Positions 26,080 through 35,831 of a DNA stretch of 64,000 bases are shown one piece after another (position 1 is the stretch's first letter; every line of letters starts with the position of its first letter). The DNA lies in assembly GCA_964021785.1 (NCBI GenBank), contig CAXIAX010000001.1, positions 3,368-67,367 of the forward strand, written 5' to 3'. The notes beneath the pieces are model-generated. The model ran no database searches. It saw only the letters and a program-made list of their open reading frames with translations, and was not told the DNA's origin. The DNA is from an uncultured Flavobacteriales bacterium. GTDB lineage: Bacteria > Bacteroidota > Bacteroidia > Flavobacteriales_D > CAJJDF01. The position numbers were made by a program, and so were the translations under genes.

Positions 26080-28247
26080 TGAATTATTGGCTATTAACTA
26101 CTGAGTTTCCGCCCATTCATGGAGGAGGAATAAGCACTTATTGTTGGCATACAGCCAAGATGATGATTCAGCATGGCCATCAAGTAACGGTCTTTGTAAA
26201 TGATTATTCTGTAAAAAGCATTCAACATGAATCTCCTCAAAATAATTTAACTTTAGTAAGATTTAATCCTGTTTTGGTTTCAAAAGGCAAGGCATTGGGG
26301 ACAAATGCAAGATTAAGTTTGGAGTTTGCAAATGTTGTTGAACAAGAAATGAAACAGAAAGGAGTTCCTGATGTTTTGGAAACTCAAGACTACGCAGGAA
26401 TTGGATATTACACTTTGCAAAAAAAACAATTGCTTTATCCTCTTTTTAGAGATCTGAAAGTGGTGATGACCATGCATGCTCCTAGTTTTTTGTATTTTGA
26501 ATTTAATCAAGTTCCTTTATATAAATTTCCCGAATATTGGATAGGTGAAATGGAGAAAGCATCCATTAGGATGGCAGATTTGGTTATTTCCCCATCTAAT
26601 TATTTGATTGAAGAATTAAATTCAAGGATGAACTTGAAAGAGAAGAACCCCATTCGAATTTTTAATCCTTATGTAAGTGAGATTGCAAGAGGAGAAGTTC
26701 CTGTATATGAGGAAGGAGATCTTGTTTTCTTTGGAAAATTAACTCCGCAAAAAGGAGTATTAGAAATGCTTTCTTATTTGAAAAAAATGTGGGATAACGG
26801 TTTCGATAAAACCATTTCTATCATTGGAGGTGGAGCTCATTATTTTTATCCGGTTCAAGAAGATATGTCTCTGTATGTCAAAAAAATATATGCAGCTTAT
26901 ATAAAAAAAGGATTGATAAAATTTGAAGGGAATATGCCTCCAAATGAATTGAATGAAAGGCTTAGAAAAGCACACGTAGTTATCACGCCCAGTATTGTAG
27001 ATAACTTGCCTTATGCTGTCTTGGAAGCAATGGCAATGGGTAAAATTGTTTTGTCGTCTTCTAACGGAGGGCATACCGAGGTAATGGAAACCGGGGAGAA
27101 TAGTTTTGTGTTTCATCATGAAATTAAGAATAGTTTTGAGTCTACCTTAACTAACATTTTATCTAAACCTAGGCAAGAGTTAACGGAAATTGGAAAAAAG
27201 GCTCAAGAGTCTGTTTTTACTGCAACCAATTATGAAACAGTTTATACCCAAAAGCAGATTGAATTAGCTAAGCTAGTTGCTAATAAAGAGAAAAAGGTTG
27301 AGTTTGATTTTATTGAAATAATAAATAAAAAGGAAACAGTAGAAAGCATAAAAGAATCAACCAAAGATTTATTAAGTATAGTCATTCCTTATTACAACAT
27401 GGGCGCTTACATAGAAGAAACTTTGGATTCTTTGATGAAAGTCCAACAAGTAAAACTTGAAATTATTATAATAAATGATGGGTCTACCGATCAGGCAAGC
27501 CGCAGTAAACTAGAGGAAATTGAAAAGAAATACCCTGTAACTATTTTTCATAAAGAAAATGAAGGGTTATCCATAGCAAGAAATTATGGAGCGGATAGAA
27601 CTAATGGAGAATTTATGGCTTTTCTAGATGCAGATGATACAGTGGAGCCATCTTATTATTCTAAAGCTTTAGAAGTATTGAAACAATACAATAATGTAAG
27701 TTTTGTAGGGTGTTGGGCTCAGTATTTTGAAAACAGTAAGGATATTTGGCCAACGTTCAATCCAGAACCACCTTATTTGTTGGTTCATAACATGATAAAT
27801 AGTAGTGCTTTAGTTTATAAGAAACAAGATTTTATTTCTTTTGGAAAGAATGATGCTAAGTTTATCTACGGAATGGAAGATTACGACAGTGTGATTTCTA
27901 TGGTGAAAAAAGGAGCAAGAGGAGTTTCTTTGCCAGAAACTTGGTGGAATTATAGAATAAGAAATAATTCTATGGCTCAGTCCTTTACTAAGGACAAAGA
28001 GCTATATTTGTACAGATTAATAAGTGAAAAACATAAGCAATTTTTTGCATCATACGCAGATAGAATTTCCAATTTGCTAAATTATAATGGATCAGGGATT
28101 TCATTTGATAATCCCACAAGAGATAGAAGTAAATTTGATAGTGCCAAATATGGGAAGTTAACAAATAGCATTGTTCGAATATTGAAAAGTAACAAGTGGT
28201 TAAGAAATATTGCAAAAAAAATATACCGAAAAATTTATAACAATTAA
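26079..28247 (+). CDS. Bifunctional glycosyltransferase (N-terminal GT4 + C-terminal GT2)
   Basis: The N-terminal half carries the ...VDNLPYAVLEAMAMGKIV GT-B motif. The C-terminal half carries LSIVIPYYNMGAYIEETL...IIIINDGSTD...LDADD. The architecture resembles the multi-domain serotype-specific transferases of ABC-dependent O-antigen loci. Confidence 0.85.
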   Translation: MNYWLLTTEFPPIHGGGISTYCWHTAKMMIQHGHQVTVFVNDYSVKSIQHESPQNNLTLVRFNPVLVSKGKALGTNARLSLEFANVVEQEMKQKGVPDVLETQDYAGIGYYTLQKKQLLYPLFRDLKVVMTMHAPSFLYFEFNQVPLYKFPEYWIGEMEKASIRMADLVISPSNYLIEELNSRMNLKEKNPIRIFNPYVSEIARGEVPVYEEGDLVFFGKLTPQKGVLEMLSYLKKMWDNGFDKTISIIGGGAHYFYPVQEDMSLYVKKIYAAYIKKGLIKFEGNMPPNELNERLRKAHVVITPSIVDNLPYAVLEAMAMGKIVLSSSNGGHTEVMETGENSFVFHHEIKNSFESTLTNILSKPRQELTEIGKKAQESVFTATNYETVYTQKQIELAKLVANKEKKVEFDFIEIINKKETVESIKESTKDLLSIVIPYYNMGAYIEETLDSLMKVQQVKLEIIIINDGSTDQASRSKLEEIEKKYPVTIFHKENEGLSIARNYGADRTNGEFMAFLDADDTVEPSYYSKALEVLKQYNNVSFVGCWAQYFENSKDIWPTFNPEPPYLLVHNMINSSALVYKKQDFISFGKNDAKFIYGMEDYDSVISMVKKGARGVSLPETWWNYRIRNNSMAQSFTKDKELYLYRLISEKHKQFFASYADRISNLLNYNGSGISFDNPTRDRSKFDSAKYGKLTNSIVRILKSNKWLRNIAKKIYRKIYNN

Positions 28248-29030
28248 ATGGGAAATAAATTAGCGTTAAAACAAACCGACAACAGATTAGAGCGAATTTG
28301 GTTGTTGGCAAAAATAGAATTTAAACTTCGTTATTATGAGAATAAATTAGGTTTACTCTGGGCATTAATTCAGCCAATGAGTCAGTTGGTAATTTATTAT
28401 ATTTCATTTACTTATATAATGAAAAGTAATGTGCCTAATTTTGCTATTTATTTGTTTGCAGGAATTATTATGTGGCAATTTTATAATGAAGCTACTGGAG
28501 GTTTGTTAAAAATATTACGGACAAAAAAATACCTATACGAATATTCAAACATGTCTAAATTAGAGATTTACCTTGCTAGTTTGATAAGTATAACTTTAGG
28601 TTTTTTGTTTAATTTTTCAATCCTATTACTCATTTTATTATTCGGAGGAATTGGATGGAGTTGGACCTTGATTTTTGTTCCTATCATATTAATTCTATTA
28701 ATGGTTTTTTGCTTGGGACTGGCATTAATATTGTCAAATATATATGTGATAGCTAAAGATGTAAATCAAATATGGCCTCTGGTATCTTTGTTTTTAATGT
28801 GGTTGTCGCCTGTATTTATTGATGTAAGATTATTGGAAAGCAATTTGCCACTGATTAAATATTTTAACCCAATGTTTGGGTTAATGAAAAACTTTAGAGA
28901 AGTGGTGATGTATCACAATCCACCTGATTTTTGGTTGCTGTTAATTTCATTATTTCACGCCCTTCTTTTTTTCGGAATAGGATGGTTATTATTAAAAAAA
29001 ATTGGAGGAAAAGCTTCAGAAATTTTATAA
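28248..29030 (+). CDS. ABC-2-type polysaccharide export permease (Wzm/TagG/KpsM-like)
   Basis: 260 aa with six hydrophobic helices. The N-terminal ...FKLRYYENKLGLLWALIQP matches the ABC-2 permease start pattern, and the gene immediately precedes its ATPase. Confidence 0.85.
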   Translation: MGNKLALKQTDNRLERIWLLAKIEFKLRYYENKLGLLWALIQPMSQLVIYYISFTYIMKSNVPNFAIYLFAGIIMWQFYNEATGGLLKILRTKKYLYEYSNMSKLEIYLASLISITLGFLFNFSILLLILLFGGIGWSWTLIFVPIILILLMVFCLGLALILSNIYVIAKDVNQIWPLVSLFLMWLSPVFIDVRLLESNLPLIKYFNPMFGLMKNFREVVMYHNPPDFWLLLISLFHALLFFGIGWLLLKKIGGKASEIL

Positions 29031-29033
29031 ACT

Positions 29034-29771
29034 ATGGAAGAGAAAGAAATTTCAATTGAACTGAAAAACGTAAACAAAACTTTTTATGTTTTCGATAAAA
29101 ATTACCTAACGGTAAAGGATAGGTTGTTTAATCTTCATAAAAAGAATAAGCAAAGAAAAATTTTTGGACTAAAAAATATAAATTTTGAAATTTATAAAGG
29201 AGAGTGTATAGGGATAATAGGGCGAAATGGGTGTGGGAAATCTACACTTACCAAAGTTATGTCTGGTTCATACAGAGCAGACAAGGGAAGTACCGTAAAT
29301 AGGAATGGTTCTCATTTGTTACTCAATTTAGGAGTAGGATTTAGTCATGAGTTAACTGCTAGGGAGAATATTTATGTAAATGGATCTACTTTAGGTCTTA
29401 GGGTGGCAGAAATTGACAAGATTTTTCAAGATATTATTGATTTTTCTGAACTTCATGATTTTGTTGATACAAAAATTAAGTTTTTCTCTTCGGGTATGGT
29501 TCAAAGATTATCCTTTTCTATTGCTTTGTATGCCAATGCAGATATTATGTTTTTGGATGAAGTATTTGCAGTAGGAGATGAAAAATTTAAAGAGAAAGCT
29601 ACAAAAGTATTGGAAGATAACTGGATAAAGGGAAGGACAGCAGTCATTGTTTCTCATAGTAGTGCGCTTATTGAAAAATATTGCAATAGGGTTATGCTAA
29701 TGCATAAAGGTGAAATTCTTTATTTTGGAGATCCAAAAATAGCAGTAGAGAAATATAGAGCTTTGGATTAA
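29034..29771 (+). CDS. Polysaccharide ABC exporter ATP-binding protein (Wzt/TagH/KpsT-like), short form
   Basis: Walker A GRNGCGKST, signature FSSGMVQRL, Walker B IMFLDE, H-loop VSHS. At 245 aa there is no room for a C-terminal carbohydrate-binding extension. Confidence 0.9.
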   Translation: MEEKEISIELKNVNKTFYVFDKNYLTVKDRLFNLHKKNKQRKIFGLKNINFEIYKGECIGIIGRNGCGKSTLTKVMSGSYRADKGSTVNRNGSHLLLNLGVGFSHELTARENIYVNGSTLGLRVAEIDKIFQDIIDFSELHDFVDTKIKFFSSGMVQRLSFSIALYANADIMFLDEVFAVGDEKFKEKATKVLEDNWIKGRTAVIVSHSSALIEKYCNRVMLMHKGEILYFGDPKIAVEKYRALD

Positions 29772-29816
29772 AGAATAAGTTTTGGTTAAGATAGAAGTGA
29801 AATTACAGTTTAAATT

Positions 29817-30836
29817 ATGAAAATACTAATAACAGGAGGAGCAGGGTATATAGGCTCACATACGATTTTGGAAACACTTGAAAATACCGATTGGGAGATA
29901 ATTTCAATCGATAACTTTTCTAATTCTACGCAAGAAACTTACGATAGAATTAAAGAAATTAGTGGAAAAGAAATTAAGAGTTACGAAGTAGATTTGAAGG
30001 ATTTGTCGGCTACAGAAAAAGTATTTGAAGAGAATCCAGATATTGAAGGGATAATTCATTTTGCAGCTTTTAAAGCAGTAGGAGAATCTGTAATTAAACC
30101 GCTTGATTATTATGATAACAATATAAATTCTTTGAGGAACATATTGGTTTGTCAACAAAAATACGGAGTTAAGAATTTTATCTTTTCTTCTTCTTGTTCT
30201 GTTTATGGAAATATAGAGCAATTGCCAGTGACAGAAGCTACACCTTTCTCTAAGGCAGAATCACCTTACGCATCAACTAAGCAAATAGGGGAGGTAATGA
30301 TTGAAGATCATTTGAAATCTACAAAAAATTTCTCTTCTATTAGTTTAAGATATTTTAATCCTGTAGGGGCACATGAATCTGGAAAAAATGGAGAGTTGCC
30401 AATAGGTTTGCCTAATAATTTGGTGCCTTTTATTACTCAAACAGCAATTGGTAAATTAAAACAATTGACTGTTTTTGGTGGAGATTATAACACTATAGAC
30501 GGAACTTGCGTAAGAGATTATATCCATGTAAGTGATATTGCCAATGCACATATTTTAGGAATGAAACGTTTGTTAGCCTTTTCAAATAATAAGAATGAAG
30601 TAATAAATATCGGCTCTGGTGTAGGTAGTAGTGTTTTGGAGATTATCAATGCATTTGAAGAGTCTACAGGAGAAAAACTGAATTACACAATAGGAGAAAG
30701 AAGAGATGGAGATATTGAGGCTGTTTACGCCAATATGGATAAAGCCAATTCATTGCTAGGATGGAAGCCAACAAGAAGTTTAAATGAAATGATGTCTTCG
30801 GCTTGGAAGTGGCAACAATATTTGGGACAACAATAA
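29817..30836 (+). CDS. galE: UDP-glucose 4-epimerase
   Basis: GGAGYIGSH NAD-binding motif, the catalytic YASTK (Y-x3-K), and a length of 339 aa. Confidence 0.9.
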   Translation: MKILITGGAGYIGSHTILETLENTDWEIISIDNFSNSTQETYDRIKEISGKEIKSYEVDLKDLSATEKVFEENPDIEGIIHFAAFKAVGESVIKPLDYYDNNINSLRNILVCQQKYGVKNFIFSSSCSVYGNIEQLPVTEATPFSKAESPYASTKQIGEVMIEDHLKSTKNFSSISLRYFNPVGAHESGKNGELPIGLPNNLVPFITQTAIGKLKQLTVFGGDYNTIDGTCVRDYIHVSDIANAHILGMKRLLAFSNNKNEVINIGSGVGSSVLEIINAFEESTGEKLNYTIGERRDGDIEAVYANMDKANSLLGWKPTRSLNEMMSSAWKWQQYLGQQ

Positions 30837-31057
30837 AATCGAACTTATTGATAGAAGAACTTGAAAGCTTTAGGTAATCGGTTTTAGATTGGATTTTAAC
30901 TTGTGATATCATTCACACGTGAATTGATAGATGGAGAATGTTTAATTCGCCAAAGTAGCCCCATAAAGAGGATGATTTGTTTTAGGCTTTTATGTTCTAA
31001 ACAAATAAATTACTGCATTTTTTAGTATTTTGGGATAACAAAATTAATCAACCTCTT

Positions 31058-33325
31058 ATGAATGAAGTTTCGCCAGCAGCCGCTTATACTTTAAAGTTTA
31101 TTAACCAGACTAATAAATCTATTTTTTTAACGGGTAAAGCAGGGACAGGAAAAACCACTTTGCTCAAAGAAATTATAGCAACAACTCACAAAAATACTGT
31201 AGTTGTAGCACCCACTGGAATTGCTGCTCTTAATGCTGGAGGAGTTACTATTCACTCGCTTTTTCAACTTCCTTTTGGCGGGTTTATCCCAGATACTACC
31301 GATCCACAATTTGCCGATTCTTTCAAATTGGAATCAAAAAGCACGCTTGGTAGGCATTTTAAGATGAGTGCTGTGAAAAGAAATGTAATCAAAAGTATGG
31401 AGCTATTGATTATTGATGAGGTAAGTATGTTACGAGCAGATTTATTGGATGCCATAGACTTCATGATGCAAACCGTACGCAAAAACAGAAGGCCTTTTGG
31501 AGGGGCACAAGTGTTATTTATTGGTGATTTATTGCAATTACCTCCTATTGTAAAACCTCAAGAATGGAGATTCTTAAGTAAATATTACCAAGGTAAATAT
31601 TTCTTTCATTCGCATGTAATTAGTCAAAATCCGCCTTTGTATATTGAGTTGGATAAAATTTTTAGGCAAACGGATAATCAGTTTATTGAGGTACTCAATA
31701 ATTTACGAAACAATACCATTACAACAGACGATTTAAAGATATTGAACCAATTTGTTAATCCAGATTTTGATTTGAAAAAAAATCCTGGTTTTATTACTTT
31801 AACCACACACAATGCCAGTGCCGATACTATCAATAATAAAGCTTTAAGTGAGTTGGAGGGAGAAAGTTTTACTTTTAAAGCTCAAGTTATTGATGATTTT
31901 CCCGATAGAATATTTCCTGTAGATGAAAAGCTGGAGTTGAAAGTAGGAGCCCAAGTAATGTTTATTAAAAATGATTTATCCTTCGAGAAAAATTATTACA
32001 ATGGTAAAATGGGGGTGGTAAAACAGCTTGGAGAAAAAGAAATTATCGTTCATTTTCCTGAAGAGGATAAAACGATTGAGGTAGAGCGATATGAGTGGCA
32101 AAACATAAAATACAAAGTAAATGATAACAGTAAGGAAATAGAAGAGCAAATAATGGGAACGTTCACCCATTTTCCTTTAAAATTGGCTTGGGCAATCACG
32201 GTTCACAAAAGTCAAGGGCTTACTTTTGAGAAGGCAGCTTTGGATGTTTCTAGGGTTTTTCAGCCAGGGCAAGCTTATGTGGCTCTGTCAAGATTGCGTT
32301 CACTAAAAGGACTCGTGTTGTTGGCCCCAATACAAATGAATGGGTTGAAAAATGATGCAGACGTAATGCTCTATTCAAAGCAAAAAGCAAGTGATGATGG
32401 CATAAAAACTGCTTTGCAAGAAGAAACAAGAAATTATCTATTTCAATACCTTCACTCTACTTTCGATTGGAAATATGTAACTCAAGAATGGCGAAACCAC
32501 AGATTTAGTTATAAGGCAGAAGATTCTAAATCGCCTAAGGCAAAATTTGCAAGTTGGGCAGAAGAACAAGCTATAAAAATGGAAAGTTTGAGTGTTCCTG
32601 CACAAAATTTCACCAGACAATTGAATAAGTTGTTTGCAAAAGAACCTTTCGATATCCAGTTTATTAATGAAAGATTTGAAGCGGCTTACAACTATTTTTT
32701 CAAAGAGTTGGATGCATTAGTTGATGAGTTGTTACAGAAAATAGACGAAGTAAAACGCATCAAAAAAGTAAAGACTTTTTTCAGTGAGTTACATGAGTTG
32801 GAAGAGCTGCAAACAAGCACAATGATACGATTGATGAAGGCAAAACTATTGGTAGAAACAATAGTCTCGAACAAAGAAATTACAAAAGAAAATCTTACTT
32901 CGGATGAAATAGTGTTGTATAAAACCAATAAATTAAAAAGAATAAAAGAGATAAATATCGAAAAATTTGGAGAAGTAGAGGAGCCAGAATCCTTGTATGA
33001 GGAACCCAAAGCTAAAAAAGATAAAAAAAAGAAAAAGCCTACGATTGAAATTACGTTAGAGTTATGGCAAGTAAATCAATCGGTTCCCGAAACGGCCAAA
33101 GTGAGAAAGCTTAGCGAAGGAACCATTTTGAGTCATTTGGTAAAATTGATACAGCAGGGTTATATTGATTTAAAAGATGTGCTACCCCAAGATAGAATAC
33201 TAGAATTGGCTGAGGTTTTTGAAAACTACTCGGGAGAAACTCTTTCAGAGTTAAAACAAACTGTAGGTGATACATTTACCTATGAAGAATTGAGGTTGTA
33301 TAGAACGCAGGTTACTGAAGACTAA
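31058..33325 (+). CDS. Pif1/RecD-family SF1 DNA helicase with a C-terminal helix-turn-helix extension
   Basis: Walker A GKAGTGKTT, Walker B LLIIDEVSM, and the late motifs VHKSQGLTF and AYVALSRLRSLKGL. The C-terminal TAKVRKLSEGTILSHLVKLIQQGYI segment looks HTH-like. Confidence 0.8.
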   Translation: MNEVSPAAAYTLKFINQTNKSIFLTGKAGTGKTTLLKEIIATTHKNTVVVAPTGIAALNAGGVTIHSLFQLPFGGFIPDTTDPQFADSFKLESKSTLGRHFKMSAVKRNVIKSMELLIIDEVSMLRADLLDAIDFMMQTVRKNRRPFGGAQVLFIGDLLQLPPIVKPQEWRFLSKYYQGKYFFHSHVISQNPPLYIELDKIFRQTDNQFIEVLNNLRNNTITTDDLKILNQFVNPDFDLKKNPGFITLTTHNASADTINNKALSELEGESFTFKAQVIDDFPDRIFPVDEKLELKVGAQVMFIKNDLSFEKNYYNGKMGVVKQLGEKEIIVHFPEEDKTIEVERYEWQNIKYKVNDNSKEIEEQIMGTFTHFPLKLAWAITVHKSQGLTFEKAALDVSRVFQPGQAYVALSRLRSLKGLVLLAPIQMNGLKNDADVMLYSKQKASDDGIKTALQEETRNYLFQYLHSTFDWKYVTQEWRNHRFSYKAEDSKSPKAKFASWAEEQAIKMESLSVPAQNFTRQLNKLFAKEPFDIQFINERFEAAYNYFFKELDALVDELLQKIDEVKRIKKVKTFFSELHELEELQTSTMIRLMKAKLLVETIVSNKEITKENLTSDEIVLYKTNKLKRIKEINIEKFGEVEEPESLYEEPKAKKDKKKKKPTIEITLELWQVNQSVPETAKVRKLSEGTILSHLVKLIQQGYIDLKDVLPQDRILELAEVFENYSGETLSELKQTVGDTFTYEELRLYRTQVTED

Positions 33326-33516
33326 GTAAGTTGTTCTAAAAGATCCACTAGTTGAATTTGGATATAAATTAAGGTAATTCTTGTTACAGTTTTCTGAAAA
33401 CCTTGCAAAGGCTAGTTCAATAGCAGTAATTTATTTACGTCATAGAAACAGTATTTGCTAATTACGAAATAATGTAAATGTGCTCGAAATAACTTTTAAA
33501 GTTAATCTATGACCCC

Positions 33517-33531
33517 TGACACAATCTGTCA
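33517..33531. promoter_or_regulatory. Perfect inverted repeat TGACA-N5-TGTCA upstream of the VOC gene (candidate operator)
   Basis: tgacacaatctgtca lies 50 nt upstream of the ATG at 33581, at the head of the VOC / WYL-regulator / alkylation-repair gene row. Confidence 0.3.
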
Positions 33532-33580
33532 TTCTATGCAACTACTTTTGGATATTATTAATTCAAAAAACAAATACACA

Positions 33581-33952
33581 ATGAAAGATGCAATCGCATG
33601 GTTCGAAATCCCAGTAACTGATTTCGCTAGAGCTCAAAAATTTTATGCAGCTGTAACAGGAAGAGAAGTAAAGTCTATGCCAATGCCAGGTATAGAATAC
33701 GGAGTTCTTGAGTATGATCATCCAGGAGGAGGTGTAGGAGGAGGGATTGTGAAAATGGAAGGTTTTGAACCCTCTGCAAGTGGACCACTTCTTTATTTGC
33801 CAGGAGGTGAAGATTTAACCGAAGCATTAGCTAGAGTAGAGCCTGCTGGAGGAAAAGTAATTTTGCCAAAAACCGACATTGGAGAGAACGGTTTTATGGC
33901 TCACTTTATGGATACTGAAGGAAATAGAATTGCCTTGCATTCAGAAAAATAA
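33581..33952 (+). CDS. VOC (glyoxalase/bleomycin-resistance/dioxygenase) family protein
   Basis: MKDAIAWFEIPVTDFARAQKFY...GGKVILPKTDIGENGFMAHFMDTEGNRIALHS is a typical single-domain VOC pattern. I place the start at the ATG at 33581, because the tracked 33509 extension covers the operator-like repeat. Confidence 0.75.
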   Translation: MKDAIAWFEIPVTDFARAQKFYAAVTGREVKSMPMPGIEYGVLEYDHPGGGVGGGIVKMEGFEPSASGPLLYLPGGEDLTEALARVEPAGGKVILPKTDIGENGFMAHFMDTEGNRIALHSEK

Positions 33953-34022
33953 ATAGTCATTTTTAAATGCGAATCTCAATTTGGTTTGTCAACCGGAGCG
34001 AGATTCGCTATTTTTGTTTAGA

Positions 34023-34721
34023 ATGACCCAATTAGCTCGTATCATAAATATTCTTACTCTGTTAAAATCCAAAAGGATTGTAACAGCAACAGAGCTTGCT
34101 CTAAAGTATGAAGTAAGTGTAAGAACAATTTATAGAGATGTAAAAAAGCTTGAGGAGTCAGGTGTTCCGGTTATTACAATAGAAGGCAAAGGATATACCC
34201 TAATGGATGGATATACTGTAGCTCCTGTTCAGTTTACCGAGAAACAAGCCAATGCATTGATTACTGCGCAACATTTGGTGAAACAATCCAATGATTCATC
34301 CTTTACTCAGAATTTTGAAGAAGCATTAACCAAAATAAAATCAGTATTTCGAGATTCTATTCAAGAGCAAAGCGAGTTTCTAGACAGTAAAATTCATGTT
34401 TTTGATAGGTATTTAGAAAAAGTATCAAGTAATGCATTGTCAGAAATTCAGTTGGCAATCATCAATCTCAATTTTGTAGAAATAAATTACCGCAAAGCAG
34501 ACGACCCCAATATTACGTTTCGTAAAATAGAACCGTGTGCCATATTTTCATCTGCAAACAAGTGGATTTTAATTTCTTGGTGTCATTTGAGAAACGATTA
34601 TCGCGCCTTTCGAATAGATAGAATTCAGCATTTTAAGATACTAAATGAGAAGTTTGAAGACCGTAAATTTACCATAGAAAAGTATTTCGAATACTGTAGA
34701 GAAACCGGTAAAAAACCTTAA
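34023..34721 (+). CDS. HTH + WYL-domain transcriptional regulator (YafY-like)
   Basis: The N-terminal wHTH reads RIINILTLLKSKRIVTATELALKYEVSVRTIYRDVKKLEESGVPV. The C-terminal WYL domain reads NKWILISWCHLRNDYRAFRIDRI. I place the start at the ATG at 34023. Confidence 0.85.
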   Translation: MTQLARIINILTLLKSKRIVTATELALKYEVSVRTIYRDVKKLEESGVPVITIEGKGYTLMDGYTVAPVQFTEKQANALITAQHLVKQSNDSSFTQNFEEALTKIKSVFRDSIQEQSEFLDSKIHVFDRYLEKVSSNALSEIQLAIINLNFVEINYRKADDPNITFRKIEPCAIFSSANKWILISWCHLRNDYRAFRIDRIQHFKILNEKFEDRKFTIEKYFEYCRETGKKP

Positions 34722-34724
34722 ACC

Positions 34725-35831
34725 ATGGCAGAACTATTAAAAAATATTTATAATGATTTATTCTTTCAGAGGCTGGGAGAATCGATAGAAAAAGTTGTTC
34801 CTGCTTTTGAAAAAGAGAAGTTTACAAAAGAGATTTTTAATAAGGGATGGGCAGAAAAAGAACTGAAACAAAGAATGAGACATGTTACATTAACTCTTCA
34901 TTCTCAGTTATCATCAGATTATAAAGAAAACATAAAGGTTTTACTCGAGCTAATCCCAGTATTACTGGATGATGGATTTAAGAAAGATGGGTTAGAATTT
35001 ATTTTTTTGCCAGATTATGTAGAGGTTTTTGGTCAAGATGATTTTGAAACATCCATGTTTGCAATTAAAGAAATCACTCAATTTGTTACCTGTGAGTTTG
35101 CTATACGTCCGTTTATTATTGAACACCAAATAGCAGTTATTTCTCATTTGTACAATTGGTCCAATCATCCCAATGAAGATGTGAGGAGGTTGGCATCTGA
35201 AGGATGTAGACCCAGGTTACCTTGGTCTGTTGCTTTGCCTTATTTAAAGAAGAACCCAATCACGATTCTTCCAATTCTTGATAACCTAAAAAATGACCCT
35301 TCGGAATATGTGAGAAGAAGTGTGGCAAATAGCCTGAACGATATTGCGAAAGATAACCCGCAAATTGTGGTGAAATTGGCAAAGAGATGGAAGGGGAAAA
35401 CAGAACAAACGGATAAGCTAATAAAACATGCTTGCAGAAGTTTACTTAAGGAAGGAAACCCAGAACTGATGGAGCTATTTGGATTTGGATCAATTGCTGA
35501 GGTAGGAATTGAAAATTTTGAAATTGCTACACCACAAGTAAAAATAGGAGACTATCTGAATTTTGCTTTTAATTTAGCCAACAAAAGCGAACAGAAATCC
35601 TTGTTGCGATTGGAATATGGATTATACTTCAAAAAAGCGAATGGGAGTTTGTCGAAAAAAGTATTTAAAATTAGTGAAAAGGAATACGAAGGAAAAACTA
35701 CGTCTCTAATCTCCAGAAAACAATCTTTCAAGTTAATTACTACAAGAAAATTTCATTTGGGTGAGCATAGGATTGCACTCATTATTAATGGAAAAGAATT
35801 GGAGTCGTATAGTTTTGAATTGATAAATTAA
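34725..35831 (+). CDS. DNA alkylation repair protein (AlkD-like HEAT-repeat family)
   Basis: 368 aa. HEAT-like repeats with NEDVRRLASEGCRPRLPW and DPSEYVRRSVANSLNDIAKDNP, which I recognise as the DNA-alkylation-repair-enzyme family pattern. Confidence 0.65.
   Translation: MAELLKNIYNDLFFQRLGESIEKVVPAFEKEKFTKEIFNKGWAEKELKQRMRHVTLTLHSQLSSDYKENIKVLLELIPVLLDDGFKKDGLEFIFLPDYVEVFGQDDFETSMFAIKEITQFVTCEFAIRPFIIEHQIAVISHLYNWSNHPNEDVRRLASEGCRPRLPWSVALPYLKKNPITILPILDNLKNDPSEYVRRSVANSLNDIAKDNPQIVVKLAKRWKGKTEQTDKLIKHACRSLLKEGNPELMELFGFGSIAEVGIENFEIATPQVKIGDYLNFAFNLANKSEQKSLLRLEYGLYFKKANGSLSKKVFKISEKEYEGKTTSLISRKQSFKLITTRKFHLGEHRIALIINGKELESYSFELIN

Noticed and set aside
30911-30924. A small inverted repeat attcac-ac-gtgaat (with a central CACGTG) between galE and the helicase gene.
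   Set aside because: It is only 6 bp per arm, occurs once, and has no adjacent promoter box or regulator. It is compatible with chance.
33600-33611. The tRNA T-arm-like string ggttcgaaatcc, and a similar ggttcgaagg near 62228.
   Set aside because: Both lie inside well-supported coding sequences (the VOC gene and mraZ). No acceptor or anticodon stems can be drawn around them.
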